NCBI GenBank assembly: GCA_028281825.1
Contig: JANQJC010000078.1
Location: 1,602 to 65,601 of the forward strand
DNA from: Flavobacteriales bacterium
GTDB lineage: Bacteria > Bacteroidota > Bacteroidia > JANQJC01
Direction: 5' to 3'
DNA: 64,000 nt
Below, piece after piece: positions 25,252 to 35,519 of the stretch. Numbering within the stretch: the stretch's first letter is position 1; each line of letters opens with the position of its first letter. The notes under the pieces are model-generated. The model was not told the origin of the DNA and searched no databases. It saw nothing but the letters and a program-made list of their open reading frames with translations. The translations under genes and the position numbers were made by a program.

Positions 25252-28200
25252 ATGTCCAGATACCAGCTATTTATTAGTTTCAGCTTAATCATTTCGCTGT
25301 TTGCAGCTATTGCCATTAATCCTAATCCAAGGCCGCTACCTCCCAAGCCATGGCCCATAGGGGATGACTACGACAAAGAATGGAAAACTGTGGACTCCCT
25401 TGCGAAAAAGGGGTTGAATAAGTCTGCCCTTGAGTTGGTGGATGCGCTTTATGAAAAGGCGTTGAAAGATGAGAATGCCGCGCAGCAGGTAAAAGCACTT
25501 ATCCACAAGGTGAAGTTTGCGAGTTTTATGGAAGAAGACGCCCTACTGAAAAGCATGGCTGAACTGGAGGATGAAGCCAGGGTGAGTACGTTTCCGGCCA
25601 AGCCTATTTTGCATAGTATGCTGGCGCAAATGTATTGGCAGTACTACCAGAACAACCGCTGGCGTTTTATGGACCGCAGTGAGACGGTGAACTTTAAAAA
25701 TGAGGATGTAGCTACCTGGACATTGGAGCACCTGGTGCGCAGGGTGGATGAGCATTATCAGGCCTCTTTACAACCAGGAGATAGTTTGATGGGTGTGAGG
25801 TTGGATGTGTTTGATGCGGTATTGCAACATGGTGAGCATACCCGCAGCTTGAGATCAACGCTGTATGATTTTTTGGCGCACAGGGCAATAGATTTTTACA
25901 TGAATACCGAGCCCCAGATTACTCGGCCAGCTTATAAGTTTGAAGTAGAAGGCAAGGAATATTTTGCTCCTGCCCGGGAGTTTATTGACTTAAAGATTAC
26001 GACCAAGGATACGGCATCACTCAAGTACAAAGGCTTGATAGTACTACAGGGTTTGATAAAGTTCCAGCTGAATGGGCCGCCGTGGGGTGAACCTACGCAG
26101 CAAAAAACTGCAGCCCCCTTATTTGACGCCGACCTGAAACGCCTGGACTTGGTTCGCGCAAGTAGTATTGAGACAGATAAGGATACTTTGTATTTCGATG
26201 CCTTGCTTACGATGGAGAAAAAACACCCGAGCGACACGGCTACCGCGCAGGTATCATACCACGTAGCACAATGGCTAAATGCCATGGGCAATAACTACCG
26301 CAAGGAAAATGAAGACGACCCTAATCGCTGGAAGGTGAAGGAAGCCTATGAAAAATGCGAAGCCACGATTAAGAAATATCCAGGCACTTTTGGTGCAGCT
26401 AATTGTGAGTCGCTGATGTCTGCCATTGCGCAAAGAAGCCTGCATTTTACTATGGAAAACTGCAATGTGGCTGATAAGCCATTCCGTAGTTTATTGAATT
26501 ACAGAAACCCTGCTGATGAAGCTGGCGGCACTAAAGAGATATCCATCAGGGTGGGCAGACTTGATTATGAGGAATACAAGGAGAATCGCCGTAAGTATTA
26601 TGGTGATGAGTTGCATGAGTACCTGGTGAAAAGCTCAAAGGAAACCAGTTCATATAGCATTAGCGTGGAGGACGCGGGGGATTTTCAGTCGCATAGTACA
26701 GAGTTTAAAGTTCCAGCGCAAACGCCGGGCCTGTATATCATTTCGGCAAGTGTAGATAAAGAGACTCCCATTGCTTTTGGGATAACTTCAGTTTCAAACA
26801 TAGCTTACATACATAGAAGCAATGCAGGGAACCAACAATTTTTAGTAGCCCACAGAAAGGATGGCCAGCCACTGGAAGGGGTGGACGCCCAGGTGTGGGA
26901 AGAAGTGTATGACTACAAAGACCGCGAATATAAGCTCAAGAAAGGCGGTAAGTACAACACGGATAAGGATGGACAATTTACCATCAAGGGAGGTTCAAGC
27001 AGCCGCAATTTTATGGTGGAGTTCACCTATAAAGATGACCGCCTTTTTAGCGATAACTCGTTTTATGCATACAAGTATAGAGACGGTAAGATATACCGTA
27101 CGGAAAAGACCCATTTCTTCACGGACAGGTCTATATACAGGCCAGGGCAAACAGTACATTTTAAGGGTATCATGTTGGACGTATATGGCGAGGAAGTGAA
27201 GATAAAGCCCAACACCAAGACCAAGGTGATGTTTTATGATGCCAATTACCAAAAGGTGCATGAGTTGGATTTGACCAGCAATGAGTATGGAACTTTCAGC
27301 GGGACTTTCACGGCCCCTGTTGGGGTGCTTAACGGACAAATGCATATCGGCAATAACAGCGGTAATGTGTATTTCTCGGTGGAAGAGTATAAGCGACCTA
27401 AGTTTGAGGTAGACTTTAAGCCAATAGCCGGGAGCTATAAGCTAGGTGAGGAAGTAGAAGTGACTGGCCTTGCCAAGGCCTATGCAGGCAATAATATTGA
27501 TGATGCCGAAGTGAAATACAGGGTGGTCAGAAAAGCCTATTTCCCTTATCCGTGGTATTTCAGGGGATGGTACCCACAAACCAATGCGATGGAAATAAGT
27601 CATGGCATCGCCAAGACGGATGAGAATGGGGAGTTTAAAATTACTTTTGAAGCGATACCAGATAAGAGCCTGTCGCCTAAGTATAAACCTTCATTCCATT
27701 ATACCATTTATGCTGATGTGACGGACATCAATGAAGAAACAAGAAGTGGGGAAACATCGGTTAAGATAGGATATACTGCATTGGAGGTTGGCAGCAATGT
27801 GCCTGGAGAAATTAATAGGGAGGAAGAGCAAAAGTATGAGATAAATACCACCAATCTTGCTGGTGAGTTTGAGCCTGCGAAAGGCAACGTAAAGATTTAT
27901 CCATTGAAGGCTCCTGACCGAGTTTTGAGGGCGAGGAAGTGGTCAAAGCCTGACCAATTTATCCTGAATGAGGAAGAGTATCACAAGAATTTTCCGAATG
28001 ATGTGTATAAAGATGAGAACGAATTTGCGAGTTGGGAGAAACAAGCCCCCATTTATGATAAGGCTTTTGATACCAAGAAGGATAAAGCACTTGACTTGAA
28101 AAAGCTGAAGAGCGCTGCACAAGGGGTGTATTTAATAGAGATAAGCTCAAAAGATAAGTATGGCACCGAGGTGAAAAACCAGAGTTATTTCACGCTGTAC

Positions 28201-31200
28201 TCGCCCAAAGAAAAAACAGTTCCATACACCAACTCAAAGTGGTTTACCCTGCTGCAAGACAAAGCCGAACCAGGTGATGAAGTCTCCTTCCTGATAGGGT
28301 CGTCATATAAGGATGTGAAGGTACTGTATGAAATTGAGGAGCATTTATCCAACAATAGGGCGAACGAAATAACCAGTAGCAAGTGGCTGGATATCAACAA
28401 TGAGCAGAAGCTGATAAAGATACCCGTTGAGGAACAGCACAGGGGCAACTTTATGATACATCTCGCTTTCTTTAAGAATAATGAGGTGTTTCATTTCAGC
28501 AGGGTGATAACCGTTCCAAGGACGAATAAGGAGCTGGATATCGAATTCATGACCTTCCGCAATAAGCTACAGCCTGGGGAGAAAGAGGAATGGAAATTGA
28601 AAGTAAAAGGAAAAAATGGAGAGAAAGTAGCGGCTGAAATGGTGGCAACATTATACGATGCATCATTAGATGCATTTAAGGCTCATTACTGGGGCTTAAA
28701 CATTTATAACAACTACTACGCGCAAATAAAGTGGCAACACGACAATAAGTTTGGTACGGCGAACTCACAAGCGTTGAGGTCTGATTGGTTTGGTAAGAGC
28801 AAGCCAGGTAAAAACAGGAGGTATGAAGAGTTGAACTGGTTTGGTTATTACTTCTATGACAATTACTATAGTTATAGGTCAAGAGGTGTTGCTGAACCAA
28901 CAATAATGGCTGATATGGCAATGCCAGTTGAAGAAATGGAAGTAGCGGAGGGCAGGGCTATGGTGACTGCAAAAGCAGAGAAGGCAAAGGCACAGTCAGC
29001 AAGGATGAAAAGTGCTGAGCAAGAGCGAGTGGCAGATGCCTTAGACGGATGGGCCGAGGATGATATGTTGAACGCTGACAGCAATGCGCAAGGTATAGTT
29101 GCGGAGATAGGTGGAAAAGATAAGCCAGACTTATCAGCAGTTCAGGCGCGGACTAACTTTAATGAGACGGCGTTTTTCTATCCTCATTTGGAAACCGATG
29201 AGGAGGGGAACATCCTGATTAACTTCACCATACCCGAGGCTTTGACCAAATGGAAAATGATGGGCTTGAGCCATACCAAGGATTTGAGCTTTGGGGTGAC
29301 CCAAAATGAATTGGTGACCCAAAAAGAGTTGATGGTGATACCTAATACACCACGCTTTTTAAGGGAAAATGATAAGATTACTTTTTCAGCCAAGGTGTCT
29401 AACATTTCGGATAAGGATTTGAGTGGCACTGCGCAGTTGTTCTTATTTGATGCGGTTACCTATCAACCTATTGATGCCGAGTTGGCAAATACCAATGCGC
29501 AAAAGGGCTTTACTGTTGAGGGGAGTAAGAGCACCTCCGTGAGTTGGGAATTGAAGATACCAGAAGGCATCGGTGCGGTAACTTATAGGGTTGTTGCAAA
29601 AGCCGGTAATTTCTCTGACGGAGAGGAAATGGCATTGCCTGTGCTTACCAATAGGATGCTGGTAACCGAAACCTTGCCACTGCCAATCAGAGGGAGCGGG
29701 GAGAAGCAATTCACCTTTACCAAGTTGAAGGAGAATAAATCTACAACGTTGAGTCATCATAGGTTGACGGTGGAGTTTACTCCTAACTCAGCATGGTATG
29801 CGGTGCAAGCATTGCCTTACCTGATGGAATACCCTTATGAGTGCTCGGAACAGGTGTTTAGCCGTTATTATGCCAATAGCCTGGCTACACATATAGCCAA
29901 TTCTGACCCGAAGATACAGCGAGTTTTCGAGGCGTGGAAAAGAGATGCGGAGACCAATAAAGAGTCTACGTTGTTCTCTAATTTGGAGAGGAACCAGGAA
30001 TTGAAATCATTGCTGTTGGAAGAAACGCCCTGGGTGATGGATGCCAAGAATGAGAGCGAGCGCAAGCGCAGGCTGGCACTATTATTTGACCTGAATAAGA
30101 TGAGCAGGGAGTTGGACAAGGCACTGAGGAAATTGGAGAAGGTGCAATCGCCGAATGGTGGGTGGCCCTGGTTTAAAGGCATGCCTGACAATCGCTACAT
30201 CACACAGCATATTGCTACTGGCATGGGGCATTTGTATAAGCTGGGCGTGGGCGATGTGAAAAGCGACAAAAGCCAATGGCGCATGTTGGAAAAGGCGGTG
30301 AGATATTTGGATGAACGAGTTGCGGAAGATTATGAGCGCCTGAAAAAGATAAAAAATATAGACCTGAAAAAGGACCACATTAGCCAGATACAGATACAGT
30401 ATTTATATATGAGGAGCTTCTTTAAAGATGACTTTAAGCTACCTAACTCAAGCAAGGAAGCGTTTGATTATTACAAGGGGCAGGCGGAAAAGTATTGGCT
30501 GGACAAAGGTCGATACATGCAAGGAATGATTTCCCTGGCCTTGAATAGGTATGAGAGCAAGGTAGTGCCGCAGGATATCATTAAGTCTTTGAAGGAGAAC
30601 TCCATCAACCATGAGGAGTTGGGGATGTATTGGAAAGATATGATGGGCGGCTATTACTGGTACCAGGCTCCTATTGAGACACAAGCACTGCTGATAGAGG
30701 CTTTCCATGAAGTAGCCAATGATGAAAAAAGTGTTGATGACATGAGGGTGTGGTTACTGAAGCAAAAGCAAACACAGGATTGGAAAACCACCAAGGCCAC
30801 TGCCGAGGCTTGCTATGCCTTGCTGCTGGAAGGAACGGAATGGTTGGATGATGAGCCTTCAGTAGAGATATACCTGGGGGATTACAAAATATATAACCAG
30901 AACCCAACCAGGGGTATCAAGCAAGGTGAGATGTATGTGGGAAGCGAGGCAGGCACAGGCTACTTTAAAATGGCTTTGGATGGCGACGAGGTAAAGAATG
31001 ATATGGGCAATATCAAAGTGAAAAAGGATAATGAGGATGTTTCATGGGGAGCGGTGTATTGGCAGTATTTTGAGCAGTTGGATAAGATAACACCGGCTGA
31101 GACGCCATTGAGCTTGAAGAAGGAGGTGTTTGTGGAACGCTTGACGGATAAAGGCCCTGTGATAGAGCCAATCAAGAATGGTGATAAGCTGAAGGTGGGT

Positions 31201-31524
31201 GATAAGCTGAAGATAAGAATAGAGTTGCGTGTAGACAGGGCAATGGAGTATGTGCAGATGAAGGACATGCGAGCCTCTGGTTTTGAGCCGATGAATGTGT
31301 TGAGCCAATACAAATACCAGGATGGCTTGGGTTATTATGAAAGCACCCGCGATGCTGCCACCAATTTCTTTTTTGACTATTTACCGCGTGGCACTTATGT
31401 ATTTGAGTACCCATTAAGGGTGAGCCATAAAGGAGATTTCTCGAATGGTATTACCAGTATCCAATGTATGTATGCGCCTGAATTTGCTTCACATTCAGAA
31501 GGGATAAGGGTGAAGGTGGAGTAG
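25252..31524 (+). CDS. Bacterial alpha-2-macroglobulin (MG2 domain) family protein
   Basis: FTDRSIYRPGQ MG2 motif, F.ETAFFYPHL, thioester motif YPYECSEQ (29842-29853), C-terminal MYAPEF. Confidence 0.95.
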   Translation: MSRYQLFISFSLIISLFAAIAINPNPRPLPPKPWPIGDDYDKEWKTVDSLAKKGLNKSALELVDALYEKALKDENAAQQVKALIHKVKFASFMEEDALLKSMAELEDEARVSTFPAKPILHSMLAQMYWQYYQNNRWRFMDRSETVNFKNEDVATWTLEHLVRRVDEHYQASLQPGDSLMGVRLDVFDAVLQHGEHTRSLRSTLYDFLAHRAIDFYMNTEPQITRPAYKFEVEGKEYFAPAREFIDLKITTKDTASLKYKGLIVLQGLIKFQLNGPPWGEPTQQKTAAPLFDADLKRLDLVRASSIETDKDTLYFDALLTMEKKHPSDTATAQVSYHVAQWLNAMGNNYRKENEDDPNRWKVKEAYEKCEATIKKYPGTFGAANCESLMSAIAQRSLHFTMENCNVADKPFRSLLNYRNPADEAGGTKEISIRVGRLDYEEYKENRRKYYGDELHEYLVKSSKETSSYSISVEDAGDFQSHSTEFKVPAQTPGLYIISASVDKETPIAFGITSVSNIAYIHRSNAGNQQFLVAHRKDGQPLEGVDAQVWEEVYDYKDREYKLKKGGKYNTDKDGQFTIKGGSSSRNFMVEFTYKDDRLFSDNSFYAYKYRDGKIYRTEKTHFFTDRSIYRPGQTVHFKGIMLDVYGEEVKIKPNTKTKVMFYDANYQKVHELDLTSNEYGTFSGTFTAPVGVLNGQMHIGNNSGNVYFSVEEYKRPKFEVDFKPIAGSYKLGEEVEVTGLAKAYAGNNIDDAEVKYRVVRKAYFPYPWYFRGWYPQTNAMEISHGIAKTDENGEFKITFEAIPDKSLSPKYKPSFHYTIYADVTDINEETRSGETSVKIGYTALEVGSNVPGEINREEEQKYEINTTNLAGEFEPAKGNVKIYPLKAPDRVLRARKWSKPDQFILNEEEYHKNFPNDVYKDENEFASWEKQAPIYDKAFDTKKDKALDLKKLKSAAQGVYLIEISSKDKYGTEVKNQSYFTLYSPKEKTVPYTNSKWFTLLQDKAEPGDEVSFLIGSSYKDVKVLYEIEEHLSNNRANEITSSKWLDINNEQKLIKIPVEEQHRGNFMIHLAFFKNNEVFHFSRVITVPRTNKELDIEFMTFRNKLQPGEKEEWKLKVKGKNGEKVAAEMVATLYDASLDAFKAHYWGLNIYNNYYAQIKWQHDNKFGTANSQALRSDWFGKSKPGKNRRYEELNWFGYYFYDNYYSYRSRGVAEPTIMADMAMPVEEMEVAEGRAMVTAKAEKAKAQSARMKSAEQERVADALDGWAEDDMLNADSNAQGIVAEIGGKDKPDLSAVQARTNFNETAFFYPHLETDEEGNILINFTIPEALTKWKMMGLSHTKDLSFGVTQNELVTQKELMVIPNTPRFLRENDKITFSAKVSNISDKDLSGTAQLFLFDAVTYQPIDAELANTNAQKGFTVEGSKSTSVSWELKIPEGIGAVTYRVVAKAGNFSDGEEMALPVLTNRMLVTETLPLPIRGSGEKQFTFTKLKENKSTTLSHHRLTVEFTPNSAWYAVQALPYLMEYPYECSEQVFSRYYANSLATHIANSDPKIQRVFEAWKRDAETNKESTLFSNLERNQELKSLLLEETPWVMDAKNESERKRRLALLFDLNKMSRELDKALRKLEKVQSPNGGWPWFKGMPDNRYITQHIATGMGHLYKLGVGDVKSDKSQWRMLEKAVRYLDERVAEDYERLKKIKNIDLKKDHISQIQIQYLYMRSFFKDDFKLPNSSKEAFDYYKGQAEKYWLDKGRYMQGMISLALNRYESKVVPQDIIKSLKENSINHEELGMYWKDMMGGYYWYQAPIETQALLIEAFHEVANDEKSVDDMRVWLLKQKQTQDWKTTKATAEACYALLLEGTEWLDDEPSVEIYLGDYKIYNQNPTRGIKQGEMYVGSEAGTGYFKMALDGDEVKNDMGNIKVKKDNEDVSWGAVYWQYFEQLDKITPAETPLSLKKEVFVERLTDKGPVIEPIKNGDKLKVGDKLKIRIELRVDRAMEYVQMKDMRASGFEPMNVLSQYKYQDGLGYYESTRDAATNFFFDYLPRGTYVFEYPLRVSHKGDFSNGITSIQCMYAPEFASHSEGIRVKVE

Positions 31525-31539
31525 AGAATTAATTGATTC

Positions 31540-31715
31540 GTACTTTTTGCTTGACCAAAAAGCACCCAAAAAATCAAGGCTGACTAGCTTATCCTTGAAA
31601 CATATCATAATCCCAGCCACGGATGTATCGAAGCCGTCCACTGCGTGGACTTAGGCGGTTCATCCTTAGGCCAATCCTGCTATGAATGTTTACTACAGGT
31701 AACCCAGTAGGCCAA
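31540..31715 (+). repeat. 176-bp structured dispersed repeat / ncRNA, copy 1 (Flavo-1-like by recollection)
   Basis: About 90% identical to 36428-36603; multiple stems with compensatory substitutions. Confidence 0.85.
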
Positions 31716-31820
31716 TCAGAATAAAAGTGATGTATGTCATCGTTGAGTGCTCCTTCAGGTCATTTCATAGGCTATAAATTGTAGGCACTTTTGTAGCATA
31801 AACTTAAGAACCTCAGAGTT

Positions 31821-32021
31821 ATGAAAAAGAACATGGGTACAGCTGATAAGGTTATCAGGATAATTTTAGCAGCAGTTATGGCAGGTCTTTACTTTGGTGA
31901 AGTAGTTACTGGCACGGTAGGCATTATACTATTGGTGTTAGCTGGTGTATTTCTATTGACCAGCGTGGTAAGCTTTTGCCCTCTCTATGCCCCGTTTGGC
32001 ATAAAAACATGTAAGAATTAA
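31821..32021 (+). CDS. DUF2892 (YgaP-like) small membrane protein
   Basis: KKNMGTADKVIR...FCPLYAPFGIKTC signature. Confidence 0.9.
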   Translation: MKKNMGTADKVIRIILAAVMAGLYFGEVVTGTVGIILLVLAGVFLLTSVVSFCPLYAPFGIKTCKN

Positions 32022-32037
32022 TGCAGCTATCGGTAGA

Positions 32038-32691
32038 ATGAAGTTAAAATATCTTTTCCTTTTAGTGGGCATTGTTTTGACGTGGGTGTCCTGTGCGCCT
32101 GACGTTAATTTTACGGAGCCACAACCACCAGGTACTAAGGATCAAACCAAGTTTAAAAGAAGATATCAAGGAGATTACCAGTCGTTAGCAGACAATTCTA
32201 TAATCACTATTACAAAATCCAGTATTGGACAGGCTTGGCATATTGATGTTAAGGTGCATAAGGATAGCCTTGGGTTGGAGTTTACCAATGAAGAGAATGG
32301 AGGCCTGAAAGAGATAGATGGATTTGAATTAACCTTGGATGGTGATAGTGTGCATATAGTTGGAACAACTAACAAGCATATATTCACCATATCTGAAAAC
32401 CAGGCTTTGAGATATTACAAAGGGTATTATTTCTTGAATACAAGAGGAAAGGATGGCTTTTGGACTGTAAAAATGTTAACCCTGAAACGAGGAATTCTAT
32501 CTTTTAAGAAGTTTTCTGGAACTGAAGCCGAAATCAAAGAATTGGCAGAACTAACGAGTGCTATAGATACTATCAAAAATGAAGAAGGGAAAATTTTGGA
32601 TTACAGTTTTCAACCTACACTGAAGGAGTTCAAGGAAATACTAAAGAGTGTTCATTTTAACGATAGTGGCAGCTTTAAGAAAATCAAGTAG
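32038..32691 (+). CDS. Lipoprotein, unknown function
   Basis: Lipobox WVSC; FTEPQP motif; beta-rich. Confidence 0.7.
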   Translation: MKLKYLFLLVGIVLTWVSCAPDVNFTEPQPPGTKDQTKFKRRYQGDYQSLADNSIITITKSSIGQAWHIDVKVHKDSLGLEFTNEENGGLKEIDGFELTLDGDSVHIVGTTNKHIFTISENQALRYYKGYYFLNTRGKDGFWTVKMLTLKRGILSFKKFSGTEAEIKELAELTSAIDTIKNEEGKILDYSFQPTLKEFKEILKSVHFNDSGSFKKIK

Positions 32692-32692
32692 T

Positions 32693-33304
32693 TTAAGTCA
32701 TCATTATTACTCCCAGCATTACTGCGCTGCCGAGAAGGAAGCCAGTGTAAACTTGCGCTTGGGTGTGGGCATAAAGCTTGAGGCGGGCAAAGCCTACCAA
32801 GCCTGAAATAAGAATCAGGGTGGTGAGAATATGAATAATAGGTGCCTGAAGGATAAGGATAAGCCCGAGCGTAGTGCCCACTATGCCACCCATACCTATC
32901 ATGTGCACACTTATTTTCCATTTCATGGTGATGAAAAAGGCCACTATTACCAGAAAGGTGGCGCCCAGTAGGAGTAGATAAACCAATTCATCTAATCCGA
33001 GGCTTTTTAGAAAATAGAAGGTTATGCCATAGAACATGACAGTAGAGAACATGGGTAAGCGTCGCTCCTCAATGGTTTCCATTTCATAGCTGTTGATGCG
33101 TCCCATCTTTTTCAAGCGCACAATCAAAGCTATAGGCATCAAAATCATAGAAAAGCATACGATGCCATATATCCATTTTTGCAGCCTGAAGGGGATATCA
33201 TAGACAATATAGGTATCGCTATTGAATAGCACAATGAGCATGTATAGCGGCATCAATAGGGGATGAAACAAGTAAGAAAAGAAGTTGGCTATTTTCTTCT
33301 CCAT
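32693..33304 (-). CDS. PAP2-superfamily-like membrane protein
   Basis: About 6 TM; KISVHM and ARLKLYAHTQAQV motifs. Confidence 0.65.
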   Translation of the reverse strand: MEKKIANFFSYLFHPLLMPLYMLIVLFNSDTYIVYDIPFRLQKWIYGIVCFSMILMPIALIVRLKKMGRINSYEMETIEERRLPMFSTVMFYGITFYFLKSLGLDELVYLLLLGATFLVIVAFFITMKWKISVHMIGMGGIVGTTLGLILILQAPIIHILTTLILISGLVGFARLKLYAHTQAQVYTGFLLGSAVMLGVIMMT

Positions 33305-34131
33305 CAGCCTTTTACCTCGATATTGAAATGGTCGGCATCCATTGCCACGGGAAATTTTTCCCGAAAGCTTTCCAGTAGTGATTTTGAAAGAGTGCTTGTG
33401 TCGGCTCTTTCTACTCTTAATGGGGTTTCGTTGACGTATTTACCGTAGGGGTCAACAACCACGGTACCGCCTAAGTAAGAGATGCCCTTGCCGTCCTGCC
33501 CAATGCGGTTAAGTCCAATTACATAGCATTGGTTTTCAATAGCACGAGCCAGCAAAAGGCTTGCCCATGCGTTGAACCTAGGCTTAGGCCAGTTGGCGAC
33601 ATATATCAGGCAATCATAAACGGGTTCGTTGCCCATTTCAGTGGCCGTGTTTTCATTTTTGAGCGGGGCATTTCTGCTCCACACCGGAAAGCGAAGGTCG
33701 TAGCACACCAGGGGGCAAATGCGCCAGCCTTTCAGTTCAACAATTAAGCGTTTGTTTCCATTGTTGAAGTATTGGTCTTCCTCCGCCATGCGGAAAAGGT
33801 GGCGTTTATCATAATACTCATAAGTACCATCGGGACGCATCCATATTAGGCGATTGTAGTAATTACCATCCTCTTTAATGATAAGGCTACCTGAAATCAC
33901 ACAGTTTTTCTCAACGGCTTTTTGCTTCATCCAGGCTATGGTTTCGCCATTCATTTCTTCGGCTACTTGCGCTGTATTCATGGTGAAGCCCGTACTGAAC
34001 ATTTCAGGCAGCAGGATAAGGTCTGTTGGTTCGGTGATATCTTCCAGAAGCTTATCAAAACCATCCCTGTTTTGTTGGGGGTTTTCCCAATCAAGGCTGG
34101 TTTGGACAGTGGTTATTTTTAAATCGCTCAT
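33304..34131 (-). CDS. yafV: Omega-amidase, nitrilase family (YafV-like)
   Basis: LPEMF (Glu), YDKRHLF (Lys) and VCYDLRFP (Cys) triad motifs; VANWP. Confidence 0.85.
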   Translation of the reverse strand: MSDLKITTVQTSLDWENPQQNRDGFDKLLEDITEPTDLILLPEMFSTGFTMNTAQVAEEMNGETIAWMKQKAVEKNCVISGSLIIKEDGNYYNRLIWMRPDGTYEYYDKRHLFRMAEEDQYFNNGNKRLIVELKGWRICPLVCYDLRFPVWSRNAPLKNENTATEMGNEPVYDCLIYVANWPKPRFNAWASLLLARAIENQCYVIGLNRIGQDGKGISYLGGTVVVDPYGKYVNETPLRVERADTSTLSKSLLESFREKFPVAMDADHFNIEVKG

Positions 34132-34137
34132 AACTAA

Positions 34138-35298
34138 CTATACTTTGCGTAAGAGTTCGGCCGCTTGTTCTAAGGTTTCATAGCCTTTGCAGAAACAAAA
34201 ACGGATGAATTTGTCGTCAATTCCCTCGTGATAGAAAACCGAAATTGGAATAGAAGCGACTTTGGTTTCTTTGGTAAGCCTTACTACAAAATCAGTATCT
34301 TTTTCATCGCTGATGTCCTTATATCTCAATAGCTGAAAATATGTGCCCGCGGATGGGGTGAAAGTAAACCGAGAACCCTCAATACACTTATTGAAGAAGT
34401 CCCTTTTCTCCTGGTAGAATTTGGCTAAATCTGCATACCAATGAAAGGAGTCATTCATAAAGTCGGCAATGGCATGTTGCATAGGGTTATTCACCGTGAA
34501 CACGTTGAACTGGTGCACTTTCCTAAACTCCTCCATCAGGTTTTGAGGCGCCAGGATGTAACCTATTTTCCAGCCTGTATTGTGGAAGGTTTTGCCAAAG
34601 GATGAAACCACGAAACTGCGTTCAGCCAGTTTAGGATATCGGGCTATGCTTTGGTGCTCGTAGCCATCAAAGATGATGTGTTCGTAAACTTCATCGCTAA
34701 TGATAACGATGTCTGTGCCTTTGGTGAGTTTTTCCAATTGCTGCATATCGCCAGCGTTCATAATACTGCCCGTTGGGTTGTGGGGAGTATTGATGATAAT
34801 GGCTTTGGTGCGTCGACTTACCAGTTTTTGTACTTCCTTCCAATTGATATGGTAGTCTGGAGCTTTGAGTTGCACAAATATGGGGATGCCTCCACACAAC
34901 TCGATGGCGGGTACGTAACTATCATAAGCGGGCTCAAATACAATCACTTCATCACCCTCTCGAATCATGGCCGTTAGGGCGGTATAGATGGCTTGGGTGG
35001 CACCAGCAGTAACGTTAATCTCAGTATCGGGGTCGTATTGGGCACTGTATAATCGCTCCACTTTATCTGCAATAGCCTCCCTGAGTTTGGGCACACCCTG
35101 CATGGGGGCATACTGATTGTAGCCATTGCTCATGTAATGATTGGTGCGCTCCTTGATTTTATCAGGACAGTCGAAATCAGGAAACCCCTGCGACAGGTTG
35201 ATGGCCTTTTCTTCATTGGCTAGCTTAGTCATCACCGTAAAAATAGTGGTGCCTGTATCAGGTAATTTAGAGTGTATTATTCCAGGAAATTTTGGCAT
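34138..35298 (-). CDS. ybdL: Methionine aminotransferase (YbdL-like, class I PLP)
   Basis: SKLPDTGTTIFTVM, AINLSQGFPDF, SDEVYEHI and SSFGKTFHNTGWK motifs. Confidence 0.88.
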   Translation of the reverse strand: MPKFPGIIHSKLPDTGTTIFTVMTKLANEEKAINLSQGFPDFDCPDKIKERTNHYMSNGYNQYAPMQGVPKLREAIADKVERLYSAQYDPDTEINVTAGATQAIYTALTAMIREGDEVIVFEPAYDSYVPAIELCGGIPIFVQLKAPDYHINWKEVQKLVSRRTKAIIINTPHNPTGSIMNAGDMQQLEKLTKGTDIVIISDEVYEHIIFDGYEHQSIARYPKLAERSFVVSSFGKTFHNTGWKIGYILAPQNLMEEFRKVHQFNVFTVNNPMQHAIADFMNDSFHWYADLAKFYQEKRDFFNKCIEGSRFTFTPSAGTYFQLLRYKDISDEKDTDFVVRLTKETKVASIPISVFYHEGIDDKFIRFCFCKGYETLEQAAELLRKV

Positions 35299-35418
35299 AA
35301 GGAGTGTTTAATCAGGCGTAAAAATAAGCAAATGCGGTGCTTATAAAAATACAAGGCTAAGAGGATATTGTTCAATAGGTGTAAATATATTCAATTACTT
35401 ATGGTTTAACTGAAATAC

Positions 35419-35451
35419 CCTCATCCCCTGCCCCTCTCCCTGGGGTGAGGA
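35419..35451. repeat. REP-like hairpin (CCCTCATCCCCTGCCCCTCTCCCTGGGGTGAGG)
   Basis: CCTCATCCC/GGGGTGAGG stem in a divergent intergenic region; resembles common CCTCACCCC...CCTCTCC REP-type repeats. Confidence 0.45.
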
Positions 35452-35519
35452 CCAATATAGCCGCATGAAAAAATTCAATTTTTACCTTTGTGCTTCTCAA
35501 CCAGAATTAAGGATAGATT

